The translations under genes and the position numbers were made by a program. Under the pieces are notes generated by a model that did no database searches, was not told the DNA's origin, and saw nothing but the letters and a program-made list of their open reading frames with translations. From Dehalococcoidia bacterium (GTDB lineage Bacteria > Chloroflexota > Dehalococcoidia > Lucifugimonadales > QGNO01), in assembly GCA_034422935.1 (NCBI GenBank), contig DAOUJH010000010.1, positions 193,055 through 257,054 of the forward strand: a stretch of DNA of 64,000 nt. The letters run 5' to 3'. Below are positions 8,322 to 19,170 of the stretch, one piece after another (position 1 is the first letter of the stretch; the number at the start of each line of letters is the position of its first letter).

Positions 8322-10109
8322 ATGACCACGGGCCTCTCTTCATTCCGTCCCGCCATCACAGGAACGTCCCACATGGTTTCGTCAGGCCATTGGCTGGCCA
8401 CTGCCGCGGGATACCGCATTCTGGAAGAAGGCGGCAATGCCATAGACGCCGGTGTAGCAGCGGGCATTGTCCTGGGAACCGTGCTGCCCCACTGGGTCAG
8501 CTTTGGCGGTGTGGCGCCCATGATCATACACCGCGCCGACCGTAACGAAACGGTGAACATAGACGGCCTGGGTCGCTGGCCCAAGAAGGCCAACATAGAC
8601 TACTTCAAGCAGAACTCTGGGGGAGAGATAGAGGCCGGTGTGCTGCAGTGCGTCACCCCCGGCGCGCCGGACGCCTACCTCACCGCGCTCAAGCTCTACG
8701 GCACCATGACATTCGAGCAAGTGGTGACGCCCGCCATGGAACTTGCCGATGGCGGGTTCCCCGTTTCCGTATCGCTGACGCAGGCGCTGGAGATAGGCAC
8801 GGCCCTGACAACGGCTTTCCAGCTTCGCACGGGAAGCAGCCCGCGGGGCACGGAGGGCAGCCTATCCTCGTGGCCGTCCACTGCGGATATATTCCTGCCC
8901 GGCGGGAAGATACCGGAGATAGGCCATGTCATTGTGCAGAAAGACCTTGCCAATACGTTCCGCAGGCTCATCGACGCGGAGCGCGCCGGTTCCTCCAATG
9001 GCCGAGAGGCCGGTCTTCAAGCGGCGCGCGACCTGTTCTACAAGGGCGAAATAGCCGAGCAGATCACCGGTTTCATACAGTCCCAGGGCGGCCTGCTCAG
9101 CATGGACGACATGGCGTCCTACGCGGTCACCATCGAACCTCCGGAGAAGGGCAGCTTCAGGGGTCTGGACGTGTACACCTGCGGGCCCTGGTCACAGGGG
9201 CCGGTCAACATACAGGTTCTGCAAATCCTGGAGGGATTCGACCTAAGGGCGATGGGGCACAACAGCGCCGATTATCTGCACGCCGTCCTGGAGGCGTTGA
9301 AGCTGGCATTCGCCGACCGCGAAGCGTTCTACGGCGACCCCGGTTTCCTCGACGTGCCCATGGCCGGCCTCACCTCCAAGGAGTACTCCGCCGCGCGTAG
9401 GGAGACCATACAAATGCGGCAGGCGTTCACCGAGATGCCGCTGTCCGGCGACCCCTGGGCCTACCAGGCCGGCGCGGCGATGCCCGTTCCCGCGGCGCCG
9501 GAGCCGGCGGGCGGCCCCGTGCCGCCGGACACCAGCTACGCCTGCGCCGTAGACCGCTGGGGCAACGCCTTTTCCCTGACGCCAAGCGACGGGATATATG
9601 GCGCGCCGGTGGTGCCGGGGCTGGGCATGATCACATCGGCTAGGGGGTCGCAGAGCTGGCTCGACCACGAACACCCCAGTTCGCTGCAGCCGGGGAAGCG
9701 CCCCCGTCTGACGCCCAACCCGGCTATGGCGTTCAAGGACGGCAAGTTCTGGATGGCCTACGGCACGCCGGGCGGCGATACACAGTGCCAGTCCATGGTG
9801 CAGGTGTTCCTCAACATCGTGGAGTTCGGAATGGATCCCCAGGAGGCCGTCGAGGCGGCCAGGGTGGTCACGTTCAGTATGCCAAGCTCGTTCTGGCCGC
9901 ACGCCTACTTCCCCGGCCAGGCGGCGGCGGAAGGGCGCATAGCCCCGGACGTCATCGACGACCTGCGCAAACGCGGCCACAAGATCGAGGTGTGGGACGA
10001 CTGGACGGGCCGGACGGGCAACGTCTGCGCCATACAGGTGGACAGAGAAAAGGGCATACTCCTCGGCGGGGCGGACGCCCGCCGCGAGTCCTATGCCATG
10101 GGCCGTTAG
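8322..10109 (+). CDS. ggt: Gamma-glutamyltranspeptidase family protein (no obvious signal peptide)
   Basis: GGT-family N-terminal region (GGNAIDAGVAAGIVLG) and a candidate autoprocessing/nucleophile Thr in ...PPDTSYACAVD.... Confidence 0.8.
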   Translation: MTTGLSSFRPAITGTSHMVSSGHWLATAAGYRILEEGGNAIDAGVAAGIVLGTVLPHWVSFGGVAPMIIHRADRNETVNIDGLGRWPKKANIDYFKQNSGGEIEAGVLQCVTPGAPDAYLTALKLYGTMTFEQVVTPAMELADGGFPVSVSLTQALEIGTALTTAFQLRTGSSPRGTEGSLSSWPSTADIFLPGGKIPEIGHVIVQKDLANTFRRLIDAERAGSSNGREAGLQAARDLFYKGEIAEQITGFIQSQGGLLSMDDMASYAVTIEPPEKGSFRGLDVYTCGPWSQGPVNIQVLQILEGFDLRAMGHNSADYLHAVLEALKLAFADREAFYGDPGFLDVPMAGLTSKEYSAARRETIQMRQAFTEMPLSGDPWAYQAGAAMPVPAAPEPAGGPVPPDTSYACAVDRWGNAFSLTPSDGIYGAPVVPGLGMITSARGSQSWLDHEHPSSLQPGKRPRLTPNPAMAFKDGKFWMAYGTPGGDTQCQSMVQVFLNIVEFGMDPQEAVEAARVVTFSMPSSFWPHAYFPGQAAAEGRIAPDVIDDLRKRGHKIEVWDDWTGRTGNVCAIQVDREKGILLGGADARRESYAMGR

Positions 10110-10122
10110 GGCTAGCAAGACC

Positions 10123-10150
10123 TCTTCCCCCTCGCCTTGATGGGGGAAGA
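10123..10150 (+). terminator. Stem-loop downstream of ggt (possible terminator / REP-like hairpin)
   Basis: TCTTCCCCC (10123-10131) pairs with GGGGGAAGA (10142-10150) across a 10-nt loop. There is no clear U-tract. Confidence 0.4.
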
Positions 10151-10169
10151 TTGAGATGGGGGTATCAAC

Positions 10170-12008
10170 ATGTTTGACGGCAACCTGACTCTGGATCAGA
10201 TCATGTCTATCCCCGCACCGGGTCCTGGAGAAGCCGGCAATGCGCCTCAATGGTCGCCGGATGGCTCTCGCATCCTCTTCGTTTCATCATTGGGAGGCTC
10301 TCCCGACATCTGGAGCATCAGCCCGCAGGGAGGATTCCCCTCAAGGGTTACCCTAGGCCTGGGGATTGCAGACTATGCCGCGTCACACATGCCGCTATGG
10401 TCGCCGCATGGCCGGCAGATCTCGTATATATCCAACAAGTCAGGCGCAAACGAAGTGTGGCTGTGGCACGCCAGCGGCGATCCTGAATCCCAGCTCACCA
10501 ATCTAGGGGCTCACGTCCAGTCTGTGTGCTGGGCGCCTGATGGCAAGAGCCTGGTCCTGTCTGGTAACCGCTACGGTGGCTACGACATCTACCGGGTAGA
10601 TCTGCCTTCTGGAGACGCTACACGACTCACCCAGGATCCCCTTTACGAAGTGAACCCCGTGTTCACTCCCGATGGGAAATCGATTATCTACGTACGACTG
10701 AACGAAACCTGGGAAGACCACCAGATCGTCCAAATGAACAGCGATGGCACAGGCTCCAAGGTCATTGCTGAGGATAGAGATTTCTTCGACTATTCGTTCG
10801 GCCCCTCACTGGGGGCGCCCCAGGTCTCGCCCGATGGTAAGTGGCTTCTCTTCCGCTCGCAGCGAAGTGGCTATATAAATTACTGGAAGGTATCTCTTGA
10901 GACAGGGGAGCCTAGTCCACTGGTTCCAGAGGAGGCCGAACAGAGCGGCGCGACTTGGTCTCCAAACGGTAGCGAGGTAACGTATGTCTCCAACCGCAAC
11001 GGAACTCTGGAGATAAGGCTCGCCAGCGCGGAAGGGGGCGAGTCGAGATCCCTGTTCAATCCAGGTATGGGTGTGTGCATCGCTCCCAGTTGGTCCCCAG
11101 ACGGCTCCCACATCTGCTTCATCCACGGCACACCTACTGCTCCCGATGACCTCTGGGTGGTATCAGCTAAGGAAGGCGAACCCAGACAGCTGACCTTCTC
11201 CTTGCCTGAAGGCGGCTTGGAGCGCCTCCTTGTCACTCCGGAAAAGGTTGCTTACGCTAGCTTCGATGGCCTCACTATCAACGCCTATCTATACTCCCCT
11301 AAAGACAGAAGCCGGCGCTACCCGGGCATCGTGCTCACTCATGGCGGGCCGACCTCTCAGTTCTTCGATAATTACCAGCCTTATGTTCAGTACCTGGTGC
11401 AGCGAGGGTACGTGGTGCTGCAACCCAACGTCCGAGGAAGTTCCGGATACGGCAAAGCGTTCGAAGAGGCTAACGATGGCGACTGGGGTGGAGCCGACTT
11501 GAAAGACGCGGTAGCAGGCGCCGATTTCCTGAAGAGTCTGCCCTACGTACACCCGGATAGAATGGGCGTAACCGGCACCAGCTACGGAGGCATCATGAGC
11601 ATGAACGCCGTCTGCTTTGCGCCGGGGGTATTTCAGGCTGCGGTTCCCATGTCGGGATATGCCGAATGGCCCGTGGAGTTGAACAGAATGGCTGTGAAGC
11701 ACATCAAATTGCTCGAGCACGAGTTGGGACCATACAAGGACAATAAGGAGACCTGGCATCGCTGCTCGGCCATCTACTCGGTGCGTAATGCCAGGACCCC
11801 AACGTTCGTCCTCCATGGCGAGGGCAGAGACCCTCATTCGGACGCCTCCAGGGAGTTCGCTGAAGCCCTCAAGAAAGAGGGCAAGGTGGTGCAATACAAG
11901 GCCTATCCCAACGACGGCTACTACGTAGTGAATAGGTCCAACATCCGTGAGATGCTCAACGACATCGGGGACTTCTTCGACAAGTATCTAAAGAACGGAG
12001 TTCGCTGA
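10170..12008 (+). CDS. S9 family serine peptidase (prolyl oligopeptidase / acylaminoacyl peptidase type) with an N-terminal TolB-like beta-propeller
   Basis: Repeated W-SPDG propeller motifs, and a C-terminal alpha/beta hydrolase domain with the nucleophile motif GTSYGG. Confidence 0.85.
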   Translation: MFDGNLTLDQIMSIPAPGPGEAGNAPQWSPDGSRILFVSSLGGSPDIWSISPQGGFPSRVTLGLGIADYAASHMPLWSPHGRQISYISNKSGANEVWLWHASGDPESQLTNLGAHVQSVCWAPDGKSLVLSGNRYGGYDIYRVDLPSGDATRLTQDPLYEVNPVFTPDGKSIIYVRLNETWEDHQIVQMNSDGTGSKVIAEDRDFFDYSFGPSLGAPQVSPDGKWLLFRSQRSGYINYWKVSLETGEPSPLVPEEAEQSGATWSPNGSEVTYVSNRNGTLEIRLASAEGGESRSLFNPGMGVCIAPSWSPDGSHICFIHGTPTAPDDLWVVSAKEGEPRQLTFSLPEGGLERLLVTPEKVAYASFDGLTINAYLYSPKDRSRRYPGIVLTHGGPTSQFFDNYQPYVQYLVQRGYVVLQPNVRGSSGYGKAFEEANDGDWGGADLKDAVAGADFLKSLPYVHPDRMGVTGTSYGGIMSMNAVCFAPGVFQAAVPMSGYAEWPVELNRMAVKHIKLLEHELGPYKDNKETWHRCSAIYSVRNARTPTFVLHGEGRDPHSDASREFAEALKKEGKVVQYKAYPNDGYYVVNRSNIREMLNDIGDFFDKYLKNGVR

Positions 12009-12027
12009 AGTTTTAGTGCCTGATTTT

Positions 12028-12056
12028 TTGACGACGATTAAGTTTTTTGCTAAAAT
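12028..12056 (+). promoter_or_regulatory. Sigma70-type promoter candidate for gyrB
   Basis: TTGACG (12028-12033), a 17-nt spacer, then TAAAAT (12051-12056). Confidence 0.55.
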
Positions 12057-12200
12057 TGCACCATATACAACACCTTGAGTTGGTGCAGCGACTGAACAAC
12101 AACATAAGCGGAATTATTTCTCTCTTTCTTCCCTGCTGCGCCGCTCCTCAAGGCCCCAAATCCGGGCGCCCTTTGTATTAGCGGAGGCGACCCCATATGA

Positions 12201-14708
<2,508 letters not shown>

Positions 14709-14726
14709 AGCGGGCCTGCAGGCAAG

Positions 14727-15099
14727 TCATGGATTGCTTGCTATGGTTCCCTGATGGAATACCATCCGCCATCTGCTTTCCTCAAGCCGCCAGATAGAGC
14801 TACGCAATGAAGCCGCGTTACCTCCAACGGGGCACACCGAGTACGTTGCCAAGGCTATGGTGGGTGCAAGGAGCTTCACTTGAAAGCCCGTCAGTTTAAC
14901 CCCTACTTCTGACCTGCGAGTCAGAGCAGCGATGACATCCTGTTTACAAAACACGGATCCTGAGCTGCCTAACTCCAGAAAAGTCATCTGGCAGAAGAAG
15001 AGCAAGCTCCTCAATCGTGCAGGGTTGGAGCCCCACTAGCTTTTCCTCTAGACAGCGAAGTTGATCTTCTAACTCGGTTTTGTTTTCAATAACCTGAGT
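14727..15099 (-). pseudogene. DUF4440 / SnoaL-like (NTF2 fold) gene, apparently frameshifted and lacking a canonical start
   Basis: The C-terminal frame (14727..15014) reads ...DDF? LELGSSGSVFCKQDVIAAL...SLRSSIWRLEESRWRMVFHQGT. The matching N-terminal part (EDQLRCLEEKLVGLQPCTIEELALLLPDDF) is in another frame upstream. The switch falls at the A4/T4 run at 14979-14982. Confidence 0.55.
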
Positions 15100-15129
15100 C
15101 TAATTGTCTAAAGGCCGACAGTGTCCTGG

Positions 15130-15819
15130 CTAGGATGACATGGGGTCGCTGGCGAGCCAGTCCCTGACGGCGCTCTCTTGCTCTCGCGTTATACGCCCTT
15201 CCGAGGAAGCCATATCAAGCAAGGTAGAAACGGAGGAAAGCGTGACCAGCTCAACCCCCACCTCGCGGTATGCCCCCACAGACCGGGGGAACCCGTAGGT
15301 GAAGATGCTATAGCTGTGGTTGATCCTGGCTCCAACGGCATGCAACCCCCTGATAGCCCTGACGGCGCTGCCCGCGGTACTGGTCAGGTCCTCTACCAGC
15401 ACCGCCAGGCTTCCCGGTTGCACTACTCCTTCCACCTGCTGGCCCCTGCCATAACCCTTGGACTGATCTCGCACGTAGGCCATGGACCTTCCCGTTAGGG
15501 AGGATGCCCAGGCCGCCCAAGGTATACCGGCTGTGGCCACTCCAGCCACCACATCGGCCTCCGGTTCCGTTTCCAGAATCCTATCCGCTAGAAGCTTTAC
15601 AATGCGCTCCCTTTCTACAGGGTAGGAGCAGAGTAGACGCAGATCGCAGTAGATTGGGCTGAGGATGCCGGATGCGAACACAAAGGGCTTCTCCGTGTTG
15701 ATAATAACGGCCTCTCTGTCCAAGAGGATGGCAGAGACTTCCCTGGCCTGCTCATCCATGGCAGGCTTGCCTGTACCTGTAATCACTGTTCCTCCCAATC
15801 GGGGTCCGGTTAAGGACAA
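15130..15819 (-). CDS. pyrE: Orotate phosphoribosyltransferase
   Basis: FVFASGILSPIYCDLR and PRPP-binding loop VLVEDLTSTAGS. The ORF starts at a TTG at 15819; the alternative ATG at 15759 (MDEQ...) is more likely. Confidence 0.9.
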   Translation of the reverse strand: MSLTGPRLGGTVITGTGKPAMDEQAREVSAILLDREAVIINTEKPFVFASGILSPIYCDLRLLCSYPVERERIVKLLADRILETEPEADVVAGVATAGIPWAAWASSLTGRSMAYVRDQSKGYGRGQQVEGVVQPGSLAVLVEDLTSTAGSAVRAIRGLHAVGARINHSYSIFTYGFPRSVGAYREVGVELVTLSSVSTLLDMASSEGRITREQESAVRDWLASDPMSS

Positions 15820-15820
15820 A

Positions 15821-15862
15821 GTGGGCGAGACAGCGCTCCTTGGTCGGAGTTATCTCGCCCAC
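15821..15862. terminator. 10-bp stem-loop between the hot-dog gene and pyrE
   Basis: GTGGGCGAGA (15821-15830) pairs with TCTCGCCCAC (15853-15862) across a 22-nt loop. Confidence 0.35.
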
Positions 15863-15874
15863 TTCATAACGGTT

Positions 15875-17254
15875 CTAGTACCAGTCGCGGTAGAAGGTCT
15901 CGTAGGGGACGGCTGGGGGCTTGGCCACGTGCGGGACGGGCAACTGCACCATGCCACCTTCACGCGAGGGCAGGTACACCGCAGAGGTGCCCTGTACAAA
16001 GACCTGGTCCTCATGGTTGCGGCCCTCGTACTTGATGCCGACACCGTAGTAGGTGCGCTCGCCGTCCACGGCGCCTTCGCCGGGTTCACCCTTCTGCACT
16101 TCCTTGAACTTTTTAACGACCGTACCGTTGTAGATGCCCAAGTCGCCGTAGTACATGGGCCGGCGCAGGGCCATCTGTAGGCGGCGGATGAAGCCGTGGT
16201 CGCCCATCCAGTTGCTCATCAGAGCCTGTGGTATCTGCGACCTCTGGCCGCCCCAGTCGAAGGGGAGTGCCTGGCCGCGGTAGGCGGCCAGTAGGGGATC
16301 GCCGTGCTCCTCTCCGTGAGCCCATGGCCAGCGGGTCACGGGGTGGGTGTAGGGGTTCCCTGCGAATCCCGGCAGGAGCTTGTGCCTGCGAGCCTTGTAT
16401 CCGGCCTCAAAGGCGTATGACCGCACCGCGCCGTTGCGGATGAACCCGGTCACCGACCAGTCCTGGTCGCTCCAAGGCGGCACAACAAAGGTGGGCAGCT
16501 TGTCTCCCTCGTTGACGTCCTCCCAGTAGAGTATCTCCTTGCCCCTGGGTTCCGCCTTCTCAATGAGGTCGATGAGCTCTTCCACCTTTTCCTGGTTGTA
16601 CTGTCCGGCTTGCCGCTCGTACATCATGCGCTCACCCAGGCGCTCCACGGACATGGCGCGGCCAGTGCCCATCTCTTCACGCGGGATCATTATCAGAGTG
16701 CCGTAGCACTTGCCCAGGAGGTCGCCGCGCATGTCCCAGTAGAAGACGTCCGTGATGAGGAAGAAGAGGTTGCCCTGCGCTCCCGGCTTCTCTATGACCT
16801 CCATAGCTTTAGAGGTCGTGCGGAGACCCGTGCCTACACGAAGGACATCGTAGAATTCCCATGCCGTACCGGAATGGAAATTTGCAAACGGTATGCCGCC
16901 GGGCCGGTCTCTCCACAGCTCCTCCGGGCCGTGCCACATGGGTGTGCGGGCCATGATCATGGCCGTCCCCGGGGTAGTAAGACAGCCATAGGGACCGTTC
17001 TTGGCATACTCGGGGTCGGTATATAGGGGATTGTCATCCCCAATGTGGACGGCGTAAGCCTTGGCAACCTTTTCCGTAAGAATCCAGGGACTCTTAAATG
17101 GCGGGCCGGAAGAATCGTAGGGCTGCCTTGTCCCGCTGTACAGGCCAACGTCAAGAGGGTAGCCTTCATGAACCTCTTCGCCAATCATGCCCCTTGACGC
17201 CTCACGAAACTCGTTCACCAAGCTTTCAAAAGTCTCGCCTGTTGTCGTCATCAC
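15875..17254 (-). CDS. Double hot-dog fold (MaoC-like / FAS1-type) acyl dehydratase family protein, subunit 2 of a two-gene pair
   Basis: 459 aa with a hydratase-2-like motif IGDDNPLYTD in the N-terminal half and a MaoC-like C-terminal half. Paralog of 2..1120. Confidence 0.8.
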   Translation of the reverse strand: MMTTTGETFESLVNEFREASRGMIGEEVHEGYPLDVGLYSGTRQPYDSSGPPFKSPWILTEKVAKAYAVHIGDDNPLYTDPEYAKNGPYGCLTTPGTAMIMARTPMWHGPEELWRDRPGGIPFANFHSGTAWEFYDVLRVGTGLRTTSKAMEVIEKPGAQGNLFFLITDVFYWDMRGDLLGKCYGTLIMIPREEMGTGRAMSVERLGERMMYERQAGQYNQEKVEELIDLIEKAEPRGKEILYWEDVNEGDKLPTFVVPPWSDQDWSVTGFIRNGAVRSYAFEAGYKARRHKLLPGFAGNPYTHPVTRWPWAHGEEHGDPLLAAYRGQALPFDWGGQRSQIPQALMSNWMGDHGFIRRLQMALRRPMYYGDLGIYNGTVVKKFKEVQKGEPGEGAVDGERTYYGVGIKYEGRNHEDQVFVQGTSAVYLPSREGGMVQLPVPHVAKPPAVPYETFYRDWY

Positions 17255-17296
17255 TTCACTCCTTGTTTGTTTTTCAATTGCCCCGGCACGGGTGCA

Positions 17297-18457
17297 TCAC
17301 CACCATGGATTGCCTACTGGCAGGCCAACCAGGAATCCCTTCTCTGGGAGGTAGACCACTGCCGAGCCGTCAACAAGAGTCTGTCCAAGCTGGTTGTTGC
17401 CGGAGAGCTTGACCTCAACGGCGTAGTATTTCTCGTCCCCAACGGTCTCTTCAAACTTTCTGGTCACCTGGCCGCTGACCCACATGGTGTCACCATAGCA
17501 GTAGTGGTTGGGCAAGTCCAAGCTTATGCTGCGCAGAAAGCCCAGGTCTCCCATCCAGTTGGTAATGACCTGGCTGGCTAGGGCAAAGCGATGCAGTCCT
17601 CTAGCCACTGACATCTTGAATCCCAACGCGCTAGCCGACAAGAGGTCCTTGTAGGTCTGCTCCAGGTCCCAGTAGGGCCACTGGGTGGTGGGGTTGACGG
17701 TTCGACGTCCCGGGCTGTCCAGTATCAGCCTATGGGCCACAGGGCCCAGGGAGGCCGTAGAGGACTTCGCCAGCGCGACTTCCCAGAGCTCCATGGAGTT
17801 GTACTCCACGGGCCCCTTCACCAGTGCGGGAAGCGCATCGCCCTCTTGGACCTCGCTCCAATACAGGGGCACCTCGCCGCGGTGCGGCGGAATGGCGTCT
17901 ATGTCCCTTTCCAGGTTATTGATCTCCTCGTCGCTGTACTGGTAGATGTCCCTGTCCAGAATGAGAGGCTCGCCTGGGGTGTAGGGCACCATCGCCGCAG
18001 TGCCCGTGGCCGTCGCTATGACGCCTCCATGGATGGTCTTGTATGTGGCAACGGATTCGACCTCGGCAGTCTCCCTGTCACCCCAGTTGGGTCCGCTGCG
18101 CACGTCGGACACCTTCAGGTCACTCACCAGCCGTTCCCCCAGCCGTATCACGTCATTCCACTCAGCAGAGACGCGGACGGTAAACCGTCGCAGGCCGTAC
18201 TCCTTCTGCTCGTATGCGGCGCCGGAATCGGGCGTACGTGCTGCAAGAACAAAGCTGGGAGGCGCTATCAGCGTGTTGTACAGGGTGCCTACGCCCCCTG
18301 CTGCGTCGTTGTATAGGGGGTTCACGTCGCCCAGCGAGGCGCAGAACTTCTGGATTGCGGACCAGTCAGCTACGCTGACCCCTTGCTCCACGTCCGGCGC
18401 TTCTCCGCCGACCAGCTTTTTGCTGTCCTCTATGAAATCACTCAAGCTTCCTGCCAT
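17297..18457 (-). CDS. Double hot-dog fold (MaoC-like / FAS1-type) acyl dehydratase family protein, subunit 1 of a two-gene pair
   Basis: 386 aa with motif LGDVNPLYND. The C-terminal half (ITNWMGDLGFLRSISLDL...YYAVEVKLSG.NQ) parallels the C-terminal half of the neighbouring ORF (MSNWMGDHGFIRRLQMAL...YYGVGIKYEGRNH). Confidence 0.8.
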   Translation of the reverse strand: MAGSLSDFIEDSKKLVGGEAPDVEQGVSVADWSAIQKFCASLGDVNPLYNDAAGGVGTLYNTLIAPPSFVLAARTPDSGAAYEQKEYGLRRFTVRVSAEWNDVIRLGERLVSDLKVSDVRSGPNWGDRETAEVESVATYKTIHGGVIATATGTAAMVPYTPGEPLILDRDIYQYSDEEINNLERDIDAIPPHRGEVPLYWSEVQEGDALPALVKGPVEYNSMELWEVALAKSSTASLGPVAHRLILDSPGRRTVNPTTQWPYWDLEQTYKDLLSASALGFKMSVARGLHRFALASQVITNWMGDLGFLRSISLDLPNHYCYGDTMWVSGQVTRKFEETVGDEKYYAVEVKLSGNNQLGQTLVDGSAVVYLPEKGFLVGLPVGNPWW

Positions 18458-18560
18458 AAACCTACCTCCTTGAATTCGCTGTTCTTTCTTTTACAGGTCA
18501 ATGGTTCTTTACAGTGGGCTGAGGGCAGGATACATGCACGAGGAAAGATGGTCAATTCAT

Positions 18561-19169
18561 TCAGACTAAGTCTTTGTAAAGTCCCTGCTCCGTGATAAAC
18601 CTCTCGACCTCGGGTGGCACGAGATATTTCACCGACAGGCCCAAGGCAACCCTGCGCCTGATCTCCGTGCCGCTTATTCCTAGTGACGGCCCCTCAATTA
18701 GTCCCAGCTTCCGCTCCAGGACAGGGTACTGCCGCTTGACCTCTTCAAGGGCATCGGGTGAGTAGCCTGGTCTGGTAACGGCGGTAAACGTGCATAGGTC
18801 AAGTAACCGATCGGGATCTTTCCAGCGCGGTAGGCTCAACAGAGAGTCAACGCCTATGATGAAGTTAATCTCGGCGTCCGGTCCCCATTGTCCGACCAGC
18901 TCTTCAAGGGTATCGACAGAGTAGGTCAGACCCGGCCTGTCTATCTCTATCGAGGAGGAATCAAAGGCGGGGTTGCTGGCCACGGCCAGCCGCACCATCT
19001 CCAGCCGGAGGGAGCCTTCCGTAATCTGCCTACCGCTTTTGAGCCAGGGCTGCCCCGTTGGTATGAAAACCACCTTTTGCAACGGAACGTGCATGCGAGT
19101 TTCCTCTGCAACTATCAGGTGCGCTATATGGATGGGGTCGAACGTGCCACCCAGTATGCCGATTCGCAT
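18561..19169 (-). CDS. nadD: Nicotinate-nucleotide adenylyltransferase
   Basis: N-terminal MRIGILGGTFDPIHIAHL (HxGH-type nucleotidyltransferase motif). Confidence 0.9.
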   Translation of the reverse strand: MRIGILGGTFDPIHIAHLIVAEETRMHVPLQKVVFIPTGQPWLKSGRQITEGSLRLEMVRLAVASNPAFDSSSIEIDRPGLTYSVDTLEELVGQWGPDAEINFIIGVDSLLSLPRWKDPDRLLDLCTFTAVTRPGYSPDALEEVKRQYPVLERKLGLIEGPSLGISGTEIRRRVALGLSVKYLVPPEVERFITEQGLYKDLV

Positions 19170-19170
19170 T

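Noticed and set aside
9243-10250. 335-aa minus-strand ORF (also 5539..6519 opposite pxpA and 39390..39935/39901..40557 opposite ruvC/ruvA)
   Set aside because: These lie antisense to confidently identified genes; high-GC shadow ORFs.
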